A DNA stretch of 64,000 nt from Escherichia coli (GCF_003334305.1 NZ_QOWS01000015.1); one strand, 5' to 3'. Positions 42,763-61,079 are shown, counted from the first letter of the stretch. Translations and numbers: made by a program. Notes: generated by a model not told the origin, from the sequence alone.

Positions 42763-44070
42763 TTATTTGCTACTGTCCGGGCCGCGTTCACCGGTTGCTA
42801 CCGGATTTTTTGGATCGCTGCTCCATTCGTACCAGCCGCCGTCATACACGGAAACATTCTTCCAACCCATGGCGCGTGCGTACATAAAGGTTTCGGACGC
42901 GCGCCAGCCGGTGCCGCAGTAGAATGAAACTTGCTGCTCTGGTTTGATATTCCACGCTTTCCACATAGCGGTAATATCATCGGCGCTGCGCATGGTGCCA
43001 TCCGGGTTATGAAAATCTTCCATATGCGTCGAGTCGCTACCAGCGTGTCCCCAACGTGCTCCGGCTATTTCACCTTTTGGTTTAATATAGCTGTAACCGC
43101 TGGTCGTACCGATAAATTCTGGCCACGAACGAATGCTCACCAGCGATGCATCCTGGCGATGCAGCAGTCCACGGGCCTGTTCCATATCGAGCATCAACTG
43201 CGGTTGTGCCGGGATCTTCACGCCGAAATCCGGTTCCGCTTTCACTTTCGGTGGCGTTCCTCGCTCAACAGGCAGTCCCGCGTCGGACCAGGTTTGCCAG
43301 CCGCCATCCAGCAGACGCACATCTTTCACGCCTGCGTAGAGCATAATTTGCGCCACACGCGCTCCAGCGTATACGTCACGCCCGTACAGAATGACCGTGG
43401 TGTCATGGCGAATGCCGTGTTTTGCCAGCATCGCTTTTAGTTGTTCATCAGAAACTTTGTTCCACAGCGGTTCGCTTTCCACTTCGTTGGTATCGATGTA
43501 GTCAGCGCCAGGAATATGGCTGATAAGGTAAAGCTTAGGAGCGCCCCAGGCCGCTTCAATGACTTTCCAGTCACCGGCAGGTTTCGCCGTAACCTCTTTA
43601 CCTTGTTGCAGGTCGTGCAGCCATTGCGGATAAACCAGCTGCTCAAAGTGCGGCAGTTTTTGTAGACGGGAAGGTTCGCTTAGCGCGTCACTCAGAATGG
43701 AGATATGCGTAAAACCTGCTTTTTGCAGACGCGTTTTGACGGCGTCGACATCTTTGTCATTGCCGTACAGCGCCACCGGAGCATCGGTTTTCAGATTATG
43801 TTGCTTGATCCACTCATAGAGCTGTTCGGTGCTCATTTTGTCGAGCCAGCTGGCAGAGAGGTTTAAGGCGGCAGGTTCATGACCAGAAGGGCCATTTAAG
43901 GTTTGTGGCCAGCCGTTATAAAACGCGCTGGGGCGAGTATCTATCGCTTTGCCATTTTGTTGTTGAAGCTGGTCAAGTGTAAGAGGCTTCGCCAGTTCAG
44001 CGGCCCACGAAGAAGCGCAAGCCAGCCCTAAAGCCATTGCCAGCGCGGTCATTTGAGAAACACGTTTCAT
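42763..44070 (-). CDS. ynjE: Periplasmic thiosulfate sulfurtransferase (multi-rhodanese) YnjE
   Basis: ORF trimmed to MKRVSQMTAL (435 aa) with signal peptide. Confidence 0.88.
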   Translation of the reverse strand: MKRVSQMTALAMALGLACASSWAAELAKPLTLDQLQQQNGKAIDTRPSAFYNGWPQTLNGPSGHEPAALNLSASWLDKMSTEQLYEWIKQHNLKTDAPVALYGNDKDVDAVKTRLQKAGFTHISILSDALSEPSRLQKLPHFEQLVYPQWLHDLQQGKEVTAKPAGDWKVIEAAWGAPKLYLISHIPGADYIDTNEVESEPLWNKVSDEQLKAMLAKHGIRHDTTVILYGRDVYAGARVAQIMLYAGVKDVRLLDGGWQTWSDAGLPVERGTPPKVKAEPDFGVKIPAQPQLMLDMEQARGLLHRQDASLVSIRSWPEFIGTTSGYSYIKPKGEIAGARWGHAGSDSTHMEDFHNPDGTMRSADDITAMWKAWNIKPEQQVSFYCGTGWRASETFMYARAMGWKNVSVYDGGWYEWSSDPKNPVATGERGPDSSK

Positions 44071-44136
44071 CGAAAATCCCGACATTGTAGTTTTGAGTGC
44101 GCCATTCTGAACTGACGCATTGAGAAAAACTTTGCG

Positions 44137-44790
44137 TTATCGCAGTTTGTTGTAATTTTCTGACCACTGCGCCATATCCAGAACAGAACTATCAGCAGGA
44201 ACATCCTGGAGATCGTGCGTTACCTGAACGACGGGGATCGCCAGTTCGCGAACTTCGCTGAACACCCACTGGCGAAAATTATCGCGCAGAGCCACATCAA
44301 GACGGCTGAATGGCTCATCCAGGAGTAACGCTTTTGGCTGAGCGAGAAGGGCGCGCAGCAGGGCCACCCGCGCTCGCTGACCGCCTGATAATGTCGCAGG
44401 GTCCTGGTGATAAGTTTCAGCCAGTCCCGCTCGATCAAGCGCGTCTTTCACGGCATTGCGCCTGGCAGTCCCCTTGAGCGTCGACGGTAGCGCCAGCAGT
44501 AAATTTTGCCCGACGCTGAACTGGTCAAATAACAGTGCATCCTGGAAAAGAATGCCAATCTGACGCTGTGCGGTGGGTAGCATGTCAATCCGTTGCTCAT
44601 TGAACCATAGCTCACCTGTACAAGAAAACTGTCCAGCCAGTGCACCAATCATCCATGAAAACAGAGTGGATTTTCCACAGCCAGACGGCCCCATTAACGT
44701 GACAATGTCACCTTTATCCACCGTAAAGTTAACGTTTGTCAGCAAGCGGCTTTCTGGTAAACGTAGCGAAACATTTTTCACGCAGAGCAT
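44137..44790 (-). CDS. ynjD: ABC transporter ATP-binding protein YnjD
   Basis: ORF trimmed to MLCVKNVSL (217 aa); Walker A GPSGCGKST and signature LSGGQR. Confidence 0.88.
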   Translation of the reverse strand: MLCVKNVSLRLPESRLLTNVNFTVDKGDIVTLMGPSGCGKSTLFSWMIGALAGQFSCTGELWFNEQRIDMLPTAQRQIGILFQDALLFDQFSVGQNLLLALPSTLKGTARRNAVKDALDRAGLAETYHQDPATLSGGQRARVALLRALLAQPKALLLDEPFSRLDVALRDNFRQWVFSEVRELAIPVVQVTHDLQDVPADSSVLDMAQWSENYNKLR

Positions 44791-46325
44791 TAGCGGAGTC
44801 CTTGTCTGACATAACCTACCCATTTTGCGACTAACGCGGTCAGGGCAAAAATAATAAGCGGTAACAACAGTTGCCATAAAGCCTGGGCGGCGAGAATACC
44901 GTTGCTGCCGCCGCTGCTTAATGCCACCGCCTCAGTGGTGAGCGTCGGAAAACGCCCCGCGCCCAGCCACAGCGTCGGCATATACTGCGCAATACTGACT
45001 GAAAATCCCACCGCGAAGGCAATCAGCACAGGGCGCAACATGAGTGGGCATTTCACGTAAAAGAAGATTTTGGCCCGCGACCAGCCCAGTGTTTGCGCAA
45101 TCAAAATTAACCGTGAATCAATGCGCTGCCAGGCGGGTTGCAGGATAAACAGCATCCACGGCATTACCCACAGCAGATGCCCCCAGACCACCGCCGTCCA
45201 GCTTCCATCCAGGTTCAGCCATAGCGCCAGCGTGTACTGGCCCGCCACCAGTGGCAGAGCGGGCAATAGAATGGGCAACCAGAGCCACAACTGGCGACGC
45301 TGTGGCCCCCATTCCAGCCACAGCAGTAACAGGAGCAAAGCGATGAATGTCGCCACCAGCCCCATTGTCAGGCTGTTGATGAGTGCTTCACTATTGATCG
45401 TCGACTGATCCGCGAGGATCGCCAGCAGAACCACACACAGCACACCGGTTAAGGGTAAAAAACTCGCCAGCGTAGTGCCTGGTAATAAAGGTGTGGCAGG
45501 CTTGCGAATGCCATCTACGCGGGGAATAGTGCGCCGCCAGCTGCGCCATAGCAGATAGCTCAGCAAAACGTAGGCGGCGAGTAACAGCATCAGCAGCAGA
45601 CTGGCGAGTGCGCCTTTCGTTTGTTGATCCGCGTCGCCCTGAGTTAACCACTGCCAGCTAATTACTGCCAGCGTCGGTGGATTACCTGGCCCAAGAATAA
45701 TCGCCACATCCACGACCGAAAGCGACCAGGCAACAATCGCCAGCATCGCCATTGCCAGCGAAGGCGCGACGGAGGGCAACAGCAGCCAGTTCAGGCATTG
45801 CCAGCGGCTGTAGCCCAGCGAATCCAGCACAATGACCTGCTGCAACAGCCGTTTTTCGCTCAATACTGCCGCTAAGATCCACAGCAGAAATGCGCTTTCT
45901 TTCACTGCAAGGGTGAGGCCCAGACCGATGCCAAATCGGTCCATTGGCGGAGTGAAATACGGGAAATAGTCATATAGCAGCCCTCCGTCAGCAAAGAGCA
46001 GCAGGGCGCTGGTGGCAAAAGCCACATGGGGAATGGCGAGCAGCCACGGCAGACGGGCGCACATACGCTGCCATTTCGGCCCAGGCCATAGCGCCACAAT
46101 CACCAGCAGGGCAATCAACAATGCCCCGACCGCCGCGATGGTTGTCGACACCAGCGTTGCCAGTAATGCATGCGGTAACTGTGGATCGGCAAATAACGCC
46201 TGCCAGTGTGTCAACGACAACGCAGGCGATATCAGCGTGAGAGCTGCCGGGATCAGCGGTGCATAAATCACCGCCACCATCGCCCACAGCAAAAAGATTA
46301 ATGCGTACCGTAACGGCGTAACCAT
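44790..46325 (-). CDS. ynjC: ABC transporter permease YnjC
   Basis: ORF trimmed to MVTPLRYALIF (511 aa); stop overlaps ynjD start. Confidence 0.88.
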   Translation of the reverse strand: MVTPLRYALIFLLWAMVAVIYAPLIPAALTLISPALSLTHWQALFADPQLPHALLATLVSTTIAAVGALLIALLVIVALWPGPKWQRMCARLPWLLAIPHVAFATSALLLFADGGLLYDYFPYFTPPMDRFGIGLGLTLAVKESAFLLWILAAVLSEKRLLQQVIVLDSLGYSRWQCLNWLLLPSVAPSLAMAMLAIVAWSLSVVDVAIILGPGNPPTLAVISWQWLTQGDADQQTKGALASLLLMLLLAAYVLLSYLLWRSWRRTIPRVDGIRKPATPLLPGTTLASFLPLTGVLCVVLLAILADQSTINSEALINSLTMGLVATFIALLLLLLWLEWGPQRRQLWLWLPILLPALPLVAGQYTLALWLNLDGSWTAVVWGHLLWVMPWMLFILQPAWQRIDSRLILIAQTLGWSRAKIFFYVKCPLMLRPVLIAFAVGFSVSIAQYMPTLWLGAGRFPTLTTEAVALSSGGSNGILAAQALWQLLLPLIIFALTALVAKWVGYVRQGLR

Positions 46326-47464
46326 TCTTGTTCCAGTGCATTCACCCATCCTGCGTGCGGTTCAGCCAGTACCGGCGGCAGATCCTGCGGCATTCTTGAT
46401 TGCAATATTTCGCGCTGCCCGTCAGGCAGTTTTTGCGGATCGAGAACAGAAGGATCGCCCCAGACAACGGGATCTGCTTTACGCAGTTGCGCATCGGGTG
46501 AGAGCAGGAAATTGGCAACTACCTTCGCCGCAGCACTGGCATTCGCGTTGGCTGGAATGGTGACGAAATGCACGTTGCCTATCATCCCCTCGCGAAAGCC
46601 AAAACTGTAACTGCTTGCCGGCAAATCGCCGCTGGCGATTTTTTGCTGCGCATGCGCGGGGCTAAAGGTCAGCGACAGGCGCAATGTGCCGGCTTTCAGC
46701 AGAGCATCCATCCGCGCGGGCGAAGGCGGGAAATCCTTTCCTTCGCGCCACAAATACGGATGTAGCGCATCAAGATATTGCCACAAGGGAGCAGTGACAC
46801 GGGCGAAAGTCGCATCGTCCGGCGCTTCTTTTAATGCGGCGGGATCTGGCGTCAGCATAATCAGCAACTGTTCAAGAAACGCCGTGCCGGTAAAGTCCGG
46901 TGGGCGCGGATAAGTAACCGTGCCGGGATTGACTTTAGCAAACTCCAGTAAGGCTTGCGGCGTTTGTGGTGGCTGTGGCGTAACATCGCGGCGGGCGATA
47001 AACGTCAGTTGTGCGCCGCCCCAGGGCGATTCCGCACCTTGTGTCGGCACTGAAAAATCTTCCCGCACCGGCAGCTGTGTGTCGACATAGCGCCAGTTGG
47101 GCAGAGTCTCCGCCCAGCCCGTTTGTAATAAATTGGCCTCTTTTAAGGTGCGGAAGTTTTCGCCGTTCACCCAGAGCAGATCCACCGAGCCGCCCGTTTT
47201 ACGTCCGGCAGCAGCTTCGGTCTGAATGCGCTTCACCGCGTCTGCGGCATCCGCGAGACGAACAATCTTCAGGTTTATAGCGTAATGGGTTTTCATCTCG
47301 CCGCTAACCCAGTCGAGATAGCGGTTAATTGCGGTATCGCCGCCCCAGGCGTTAAACCAGACGGTTTGCCCTTTGGCCTCATTTTTAATTTCCTGCCAGT
47401 CACTGGCATGTGTTGCCAAAGAAAACAGCGATAACAATCCCAGCAACCACCCACAATGGCGCAT
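46298..47464 (-). CDS. ynjB: ABC transporter periplasmic substrate-binding protein YnjB
   Basis: 388 aa with signal peptide. Confidence 0.88.
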   Translation of the reverse strand: MRHCGWLLGLLSLFSLATHASDWQEIKNEAKGQTVWFNAWGGDTAINRYLDWVSGEMKTHYAINLKIVRLADAADAVKRIQTEAAAGRKTGGSVDLLWVNGENFRTLKEANLLQTGWAETLPNWRYVDTQLPVREDFSVPTQGAESPWGGAQLTFIARRDVTPQPPQTPQALLEFAKVNPGTVTYPRPPDFTGTAFLEQLLIMLTPDPAALKEAPDDATFARVTAPLWQYLDALHPYLWREGKDFPPSPARMDALLKAGTLRLSLTFSPAHAQQKIASGDLPASSYSFGFREGMIGNVHFVTIPANANASAAAKVVANFLLSPDAQLRKADPVVWGDPSVLDPQKLPDGQREILQSRMPQDLPPVLAEPHAGWVNALEQEWLRRYGTH

Positions 47465-47473
47465 CTTCCCTCC

Positions 47474-48022
47474 TTAAGAACGTTTTTCCGGAATACGGCA
47501 CAGCCCCTGAGCGGGAATGTCCATGGCAGAATTAAAACGAGCCGACAGGTTTTGCAGGCCGATCAATGCCGTCAGTTCGGTGAGCGCCTGAGCGTCAAAA
47601 TGCGCAGCCAGTCGGGTACGCAGGGCATCATCGACTGTTGGCGGTGTGACGCTTGCGGCTTCGGCGTACTCCAGCGCCAGCCGTTCTTCATCGCTAAAGA
47701 GCGGGCTTTGCCGCCAGTCAGCCACTGCCAGCAGTTTATCGTTGCTGCCGGTACGCTCGGCGACTTTCATACTGGTGATATCCACGCAAAACTCACACAG
47801 GCACATTTGCGCAATGCGCGCGCTGACAAGCGATCGCACTACCGGATCGAGCGGTGAGCGTTTGCGCTCCAGCCACCCAACAAACATTGACACCAAATAA
47901 AAGATAAACGGGATCCGCCCCCACCAGCGAATCGGGCTTAGCACCTCGCCGTAATGGCGACGATGCAGCCACGCCTGCGGACGTAAAATGAAAGGAATTT
48001 TGCTAAGCGGCGGTAAACCCAT
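47474..48022 (-). CDS. ynjA: Carboxymuconolactone decarboxylase (AhpD-like) family protein YnjA
   Basis: 182 aa ORF. Confidence 0.88.
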   Translation of the reverse strand: MGLPPLSKIPFILRPQAWLHRRHYGEVLSPIRWWGRIPFIFYLVSMFVGWLERKRSPLDPVVRSLVSARIAQMCLCEFCVDITSMKVAERTGSNDKLLAVADWRQSPLFSDEERLALEYAEAASVTPPTVDDALRTRLAAHFDAQALTELTALIGLQNLSARFNSAMDIPAQGLCRIPEKRS

Positions 48023-48729
48023 CAGTCATTCCTCTTCTGGCGCTCAAGCCATATTTTCTTCGCCATAAAAATCACCACGGTCAGGGCAAACAGAATAAAC
48101 AGTCCGGTGACAAACCAGAAAGTACCGCCTGTTAACATGCTGCCCGCCCAGGAATAAACAATAGTCGCCGGTAATTGACCAAGCCCGGTGGCGATAAAAA
48201 ACGAGCGAAAACGTATTGAAGTCAGACCGGCAGCATAGCTGATTGGATCGAAAGGGACAAAAGGCAATAACCGACAGACCAGGATGGTGTGTTTGCCGTA
48301 GCGAGTGAAAAAGCCGTCCATACTGTCAAGCACGGTTTTGCCGGTTAATTTTTCCACCACTTCGCGGCCCATCACTCTGGCGATAAAAAAGCACAGCGCC
48401 GCGCCGGCCATCGAACTGGTCCACGACAGCAAGCCGCCCCAGAACGCGCCAAACAGCGACGCATTGGCAAAGGTGATCAAAAACGCAGGTAGCGGTGCAG
48501 CAATGGCCTGTAAAATCATCAACAAGAACGAGACAACTGCCGCCAGTGCGCCGTAAGACTGAATAAAGCGTTCTATACCCTGTTGGTCCACGGCGGCAAA
48601 CGCCGCAACGCTGCGATTGATAAACTCATGGACGCCGGGAAGCAGCGCCCATGCGAGCAGCATAGCGAACAACAGGATGATGAGGGTTATACGGTAGTAC
48701 CAGATTTTACGCGATTGTATCTTCATCAT
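48022..48729 (-). CDS. ydjZ: TVP38/TMEM64 (DedA-related) inner-membrane protein YdjZ
   Basis: 235 aa membrane ORF. Confidence 0.88.
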   Translation of the reverse strand: MMKIQSRKIWYYRITLIILLFAMLLAWALLPGVHEFINRSVAAFAAVDQQGIERFIQSYGALAAVVSFLLMILQAIAAPLPAFLITFANASLFGAFWGGLLSWTSSMAGAALCFFIARVMGREVVEKLTGKTVLDSMDGFFTRYGKHTILVCRLLPFVPFDPISYAAGLTSIRFRSFFIATGLGQLPATIVYSWAGSMLTGGTFWFVTGLFILFALTVVIFMAKKIWLERQKRND

Positions 48730-48743
48730 CCTTTATCCTGGCT

Positions 48744-49421
48744 TTATTCGGTGATTTTAAAGGTAACCGTTGCCAGCGTGTTATCCGCCGGGAGAACTGA
48801 GGCATTGCCTTTGAATTTCACTTCGCCGCGTTTTTCCACCGCACCATAAGTGTATGTTGCATTGCTGACGATGCCGACCGGGCAGCTATCCAGACACACC
48901 AGGCAACCCGTTTTCTTCTCTTCTGCTGCCGTTAAATTACCGCCAAAGCGCATGTCCAGTTTCTTGCCATTACTGTCAACAATCACTTCATCGAAGGAAT
49001 ACGCTTTTGCCGCCCCTTGCCAGTTGACCGAAATATCCAGTTTGCTGCCTGTGACATGAGTCGTTTCTTTATTATCCATCGTCATGTTTTCGCCCGGCGT
49101 ACCACCTGCCTCTTTCAGGGCTTCATAAAATGCTTTCGGGGTCGCATAAGCCATAAACAGCGATTTATGTCCGTTGGAGCCATCTTTAAACACAATACCG
49201 TGACGAGTGTCGTCGGTGAGGAAACGACCATTAATTTGCACCAGCATGGTTACCGTATGGTTATTGGCATCGACGCGCAGCGGTTGGCTGTTCGAAAGTC
49301 CGTCGTATTCCACTTTTGCCGCCGCATTCTCTTTTTGATCGCAGCCGCTAAGCCCGGCAACAGCCAGTAAGCAGAGTGCAGCCAGTCCTTTTTTCCATGA
49401 CACTGAATAATGTTGCGACAT
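48744..49421 (-). CDS. ydjY: Lipoprotein with C-terminal Cys-rich (ferredoxin-like) motif YdjY
   Basis: ORF trimmed to MSQHYSVSWKK (225 aa); lipobox LSGC; CxxCxxxC. Confidence 0.85.
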   Translation of the reverse strand: MSQHYSVSWKKGLAALCLLAVAGLSGCDQKENAAAKVEYDGLSNSQPLRVDANNHTVTMLVQINGRFLTDDTRHGIVFKDGSNGHKSLFMAYATPKAFYEALKEAGGTPGENMTMDNKETTHVTGSKLDISVNWQGAAKAYSFDEVIVDSNGKKLDMRFGGNLTAAEEKKTGCLVCLDSCPVGIVSNATYTYGAVEKRGEVKFKGNASVLPADNTLATVTFKITE

Positions 49422-49425
49422 CGTT

Positions 49426-50136
49426 CTATCCTTCATTTTTTGGGTGAGTAAGTGGGCTGCGGCGCGAAGCAGACAGATCCACATGTTTGTGTCGGGCGTA
49501 GAGTTTTGCGAGCTGGACGAGAATAAACAGCGCCAGGCCCGCCAGACAGAGTTGTAAAATAAAGCGCAGCGTAATGCCTTCATTGGCGAGATCGCTTGCC
49601 ATCACGGTATAAATAACAATACCGGGCAGGGTCGTGAGTGCCGAAATAAGGGTATAAGGCCAGAAGGCGATGGTGGTTAATCCGTAAGCGTAATTTTGAA
49701 TATTGTAAGGAAACAACGGGATTAAGCGGGTCAGAATAAGAAAATCAATACCGTTACGCGCAATGCCTTTTTCAATGGCCTGGAAGGTATGGCTATGGCC
49801 CACGTATTTCAGCAGTAAATCACGTCCCAGCCAGCGCGCCAGCAGGAATGAGCACGAGGAGGCCAGCGTTGCGGCAATTAATGAGAGTAGTGTCCCTAAG
49901 AGCGGGCCAAAAACTATTCCTCCAGCGATCACCAGTATGCTTCCTGGTAACAGAAAGAGGGTGGCAATGATGAATAACAGAATATAGAGGCTACAACCGA
50001 ACAATCCGCTCTGGCGAATGAGTGTCTGTAAGTGGGGTAAATCGGTGAGCAGATCGAATAAACCGAAAGCGTGGATAGCGTAAATGACCAGCGCAAAAAT
50101 AAGACAGGCAAACAGAAAGTTACGCTCAGCGTTCAT
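49426..50136 (-). CDS. ydjX: TVP38/TMEM64 family inner-membrane protein YdjX
   Basis: ORF trimmed to MNAERNFLFA (236 aa). Confidence 0.85.
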   Translation of the reverse strand: MNAERNFLFACLIFALVIYAIHAFGLFDLLTDLPHLQTLIRQSGLFGCSLYILLFIIATLFLLPGSILVIAGGIVFGPLLGTLLSLIAATLASSCSFLLARWLGRDLLLKYVGHSHTFQAIEKGIARNGIDFLILTRLIPLFPYNIQNYAYGLTTIAFWPYTLISALTTLPGIVIYTVMASDLANEGITLRFILQLCLAGLALFILVQLAKLYARHKHVDLSASRRSPLTHPKNEG

Positions 50137-50302
50137 CGTGGAGTTTCCTATATCAAACTTGATAATAGAGAAGTGGTCAGACAACTAAAAACGCAGTGAC
50201 GGTATAACAAAGGACGGCAGGCAACAAATCATTACTGACAGTTTGTTGATTTTTCTCAAGGTTAATTCTCCTGACCCAGTTTGAGCCAGGAGAGCTGCTA
50301 AA

Positions 50303-51109
50303 TTAGCGGCGGAAGGTCGCCCAGACGGGGGCGTGATCGGACGGTTTTTCCATGCTGCGAATTTCATAGTCGATGCCGGTTTCTACGCAACATTCTGCCA
50401 GCGGTTGGCTGGCGAGCAGCAGGTCGATGCGCAGACCACGGTTATCGTCAAAACCTTTTGAGCGGTAATCAAACCATGAGAAACGATCTGCTGTTTGCGG
50501 ATTAGCATGGCGGAAGGTATCGACCAACCCCCAGCTCATCAGCCTGTCCATCCATTCGCGCTCTTCCGGCAGGAAAGAGCATTTACCGGTACGCAGCCAG
50601 CGCTTACGGTTTTCTTCGCCAATGCCGATATCCAGATCTGTAGGGCTGATATTCATATCGCCCATAATCAGTACCGGATTATCACGTTTGAGTTCGGTTT
50701 CCAGGTAGTTTTGCAGATTCTGATAAAACTGCGCTTTTGCCGGGAATTTTATCGGATGGTCGCGGCTTTCACCCTGCGGGAAGTAACCGTTGATCACGGT
50801 GACATTACCCAGCAGTGAGGGGATTTCCGCCATAATAATCCGCCGCTGCGCCTCTTCGTCGTCACCGGGAAAGCCGCGACGCACGGCAATCGGCGTCTCT
50901 TTGGTCAGCAGCGCCACGCCATAATGGCCTTTCTGCCCGTGATAAAACACGTTGTAGCCGAGCTTCGCCACCTCTTCGAGCGGAAACATATCGTCATGAA
51001 CTTTTGTCTCCTGCAGGCCAATCACATCCGGTTGGTGCTTTTCGACGATGGCTTCAAGCTGGTGAGGTCTGGCGCGCAGGCCGTTGATATTAAAAGAGAC
51101 AAATTTCAT
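50303..51109 (-). CDS. xthA: Exodeoxyribonuclease III
   Basis: ORF trimmed to [14 protein letters not shown] (268 aa). Confidence 0.96.
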
Positions 51110-51466
51110 AGTCGCTGCCATTTATTCAGATAAAGAGTGCGTGGATGGTAGCAGAATTTCGCGTTGCTTACCGCCTGTTGTTAAGTGATTTGATCGATGG
51201 TTGTTAATGATGTCAACGATGGCGCAAAAAATGCCCGCTTTTGGTGCGCGCTGCGTCAGAATGGCGCAGTAATTTCCAGTAAATTTCGTCAATGATCACA
51301 ATTCCAGAATTATATTTTACTTCTGCATAACATTGCGTTTTTTATTCTTTTTATTCACCCACATCGCAAACGTATTCACTTTATATGCACTTTAAATGCA
51401 TATGGTTTGGTTATAACTCCTTGATTTCCAGTTAGCCTCCGCCGTTTATGCACTTTTATCACTGGC

Positions 51467-51482
51467 TGGCACGAACCCTGCA
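51467..51482 (+). promoter_or_regulatory. Sigma-54 promoter-like element TGGCAC-N5-CTGCA upstream of astC
   Basis: GG/GC dinucleotides spaced as in the -24/-12 consensus, about 75 bp upstream of astC; ast operon is known to be NtrC/sigma-54 and ArgR controlled. Confidence 0.6.
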
Positions 51483-51518
51483 ATCTACATTTACAGCGCA
51501 AACATTACTTATTGTTAA

Positions 51519-57582
<6,064 letters not shown>

Positions 57583-57587
57583 TACTT

Positions 57588-57611
57588 ACCCGCAGAAATC
57601 ATTCTGCGGGT
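57588..57611 (+). terminator. Hairpin after astE (probable ast operon terminator)
   Basis: 10-bp stem ACCCGCAGAA/TTCTGCGGGT with loop ATCA; downstream moderately T-rich. Confidence 0.5.
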
Positions 57612-57911
57612 ATTAAGTTGCTTTCTTATAAATTAATACAGATTAATCCTGGTTATTTGCTTTATTTATCACCAGTCATCCGGTATAGTTCTTCATAATC
57701 TCTGCAAAATCATCGTGTTGTATTATTCTCTCATCACTCTCCATCAAATTTTCTTTTTTTCTCCATAATTGGCGCAAAAGTGTTTTTTACACTTTCATTG
57801 TTTTACCGTTGCTCTGATTAATTGACGCTAAAGTCAGTAAAGTTAATCTCGTCAACACGGCACGCTACTTAAGAAAGCCGTAATAAATAACTGAAAGGAA
57901 GGATATAGAAT

Positions 57912-58397
57912 ATGCGTAAATTAACTGCACTGTTTGTTGCCTCTACCCTGGCTCTTGGCGCGGCTAACCTGGCCCATGCCGCAGACACCACTACCGCAGC
58001 ACCGGCTGACGCGAAGCCGATGATGCACCACAAAGGCAAGTTCGGTCCGCATCAGGACATGATGTTCAAAGACCTGAACCTGACCGACGCGCAGAAACAG
58101 CAGATCCGCGAAATCATGAAAGGCCAGCGTGACCAGATGAAACGTCCGCCGCTGGAAGAACGCCGCGCAATGCATGACATCATTGCCAGCGATACCTTCG
58201 ATAAAGCAAAAGCTGAAGCGCAGATCGCAAAAATGGAAGAACAGCGCAAAGCTAACATGCTGGCGCACATGGAAACCCAGAACAAAATTTACAACATCCT
58301 GACGCCGGAACAGAAAAAGCAATTTAATGCTAATTTTGAGAAGCGTCTGACAGAACGTCCAGCGGCAAAAGGTAAAATGCCTGCAACTGCTGAATAA
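57912..58397 (+). CDS. spy: Periplasmic ATP-independent chaperone Spy
   Basis: 161 aa with signal peptide. Confidence 0.96.
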   Translation: MRKLTALFVASTLALGAANLAHAADTTTAAPADAKPMMHHKGKFGPHQDMMFKDLNLTDAQKQQIREIMKGQRDQMKRPPLEERRAMHDIIASDTFDKAKAEAQIAKMEEQRKANMLAHMETQNKIYNILTPEQKKQFNANFEKRLTERPAAKGKMPATAE

Positions 58398-58521
58398 TCT
58401 TTCAGCCAAAAAACTTAAGACCGCCGGTCTTGTCCACTACCTTGCAGTAATGCGGTGGACAGGATCGGCGGTTTTCTTTTCTCTTCTCAAACAGTTGTAA
58501 AAAAAGCCTGATCACCACTAA

Positions 58522-60022
<1,501 letters not shown>

Positions 60023-60037
60023 TGTTGACTCCGAATG

Positions 60038-60053
60038 CTGGTTATCTATCCAG
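60038..60053. promoter_or_regulatory. Putative LexA (SOS) box CTGGTTATCTATCCAG upstream of cho
   Basis: CTG-N10-CAG 16-mer 15 bp upstream of the cho start; cho is a known SOS gene. Confidence 0.55.
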
Positions 60054-60104
60054 TGTAACAGCCGGGAAGCGATTAAAAAAGAGGCGGGTCGATGACAAAG
60101 GTTA

Positions 60105-60210
60105 CACCGTCTGACGTGCTACGCCTGTCAGGCCTATTCGACTCCTGCAATGTATTGAATTTGCATAGTTTTGTAGGTCGAATAAGGCGTTCACGCCGCA
60201 TCCGGCGTGA
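60105..60210. repeat. REP/BIME-like repeats in cho-nadE spacer
   Basis: GTAGGTCGAATAAGGCGTTCACGCCGCATCCGGCG matches REP consensus in reverse; a second degenerate unit lies upstream. Confidence 0.6.
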
Positions 60211-60251
60211 ACAAATTACTCTTTTTCGCACAATCCAATATGTGCAAATTA

Positions 60252-61079
60252 TTACTTTTTCCAGAAATCATCGAAAACGGTAATTGGCGGACGGCGTTTA
60301 TGTTCGGTTTTCAGATACCAGTTCTCTATTGTTCTGGCGACCTGTTCAGGTACGTTTTTCCCTTCCAGATAGTCGTCGATATTGTCATAGGTCACGCCGA
60401 GTGCCACTTCATCTGGCAGAGAAGGGCGATCATCTTCCAGATCGGCCGTTGGCGCTTTCTTATAAAGGTGTTCCGGGCAACCTAATGCCGCCAGTAACTG
60501 TTTACCCTGACGTTTGTTGAGACGATACAGCGGATTAATGTCCGTACCGCCGTCACCATATTTAGTGAAGAATCCGGTAATGGCTTCTGCTGCATGATCG
60601 GTGCCCACCACGACACCGCTGGTCATACCCGCAATGCTATATTGTGCTTTCATCCGCTCACGCGCTTTTTCATTGCCACGGACAAAATCGCTCAGTTCAA
60701 TGCCTGCTTCCCGCAATGCCTGCTCGCTAGCCAATACCGCGCCCTTGATATTAACGGTTAATACGCGATCCGGTTGAATAAAGGCAATGGCATCCTGGCA
60801 ATCTTGTTCGTCGGCCTGAACACCATAGGGCAGGCGTACGGCAATAAATTGCAGTGATTCGTTGCCAGTTTCCTGGCGCAGCTCATTAATCGCCATCTGG
60901 CACAGCTTTCCGGCAAGCGTGGAGTCCTGACCGCCGCTGATCCCGAGCACCAGTGATTTAATGAACGGATAAGTTTGCAGGTAGCTTTTCAGAAAATCGA
61001 CACTACGACGAATTTCCTCTTCAGCATTAATCTGCGGTTTTGCGCCCAGCGCCTTTATTATTTGTTGTTGCAATGTCAT
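60252..61079 (-). CDS. nadE: NH3-dependent NAD+ synthetase
   Basis: 275 aa; P-loop SGGQDS. Confidence 0.96.

Noticed and set aside
57583-57911. CpxR/BaeR boxes in the spy promoter
   Set aside because: The spy promoter is known to be CpxR/BaeR controlled, but I could not find an unambiguous GTAAA-N5-GTAAA match by eye (TTTAC repeats are spaced about 11 nt), so no site is called.
57921-58409. 162-aa ORF antisense to spy
   Set aside because: Shadow ORF of the spy gene; no independent signals.
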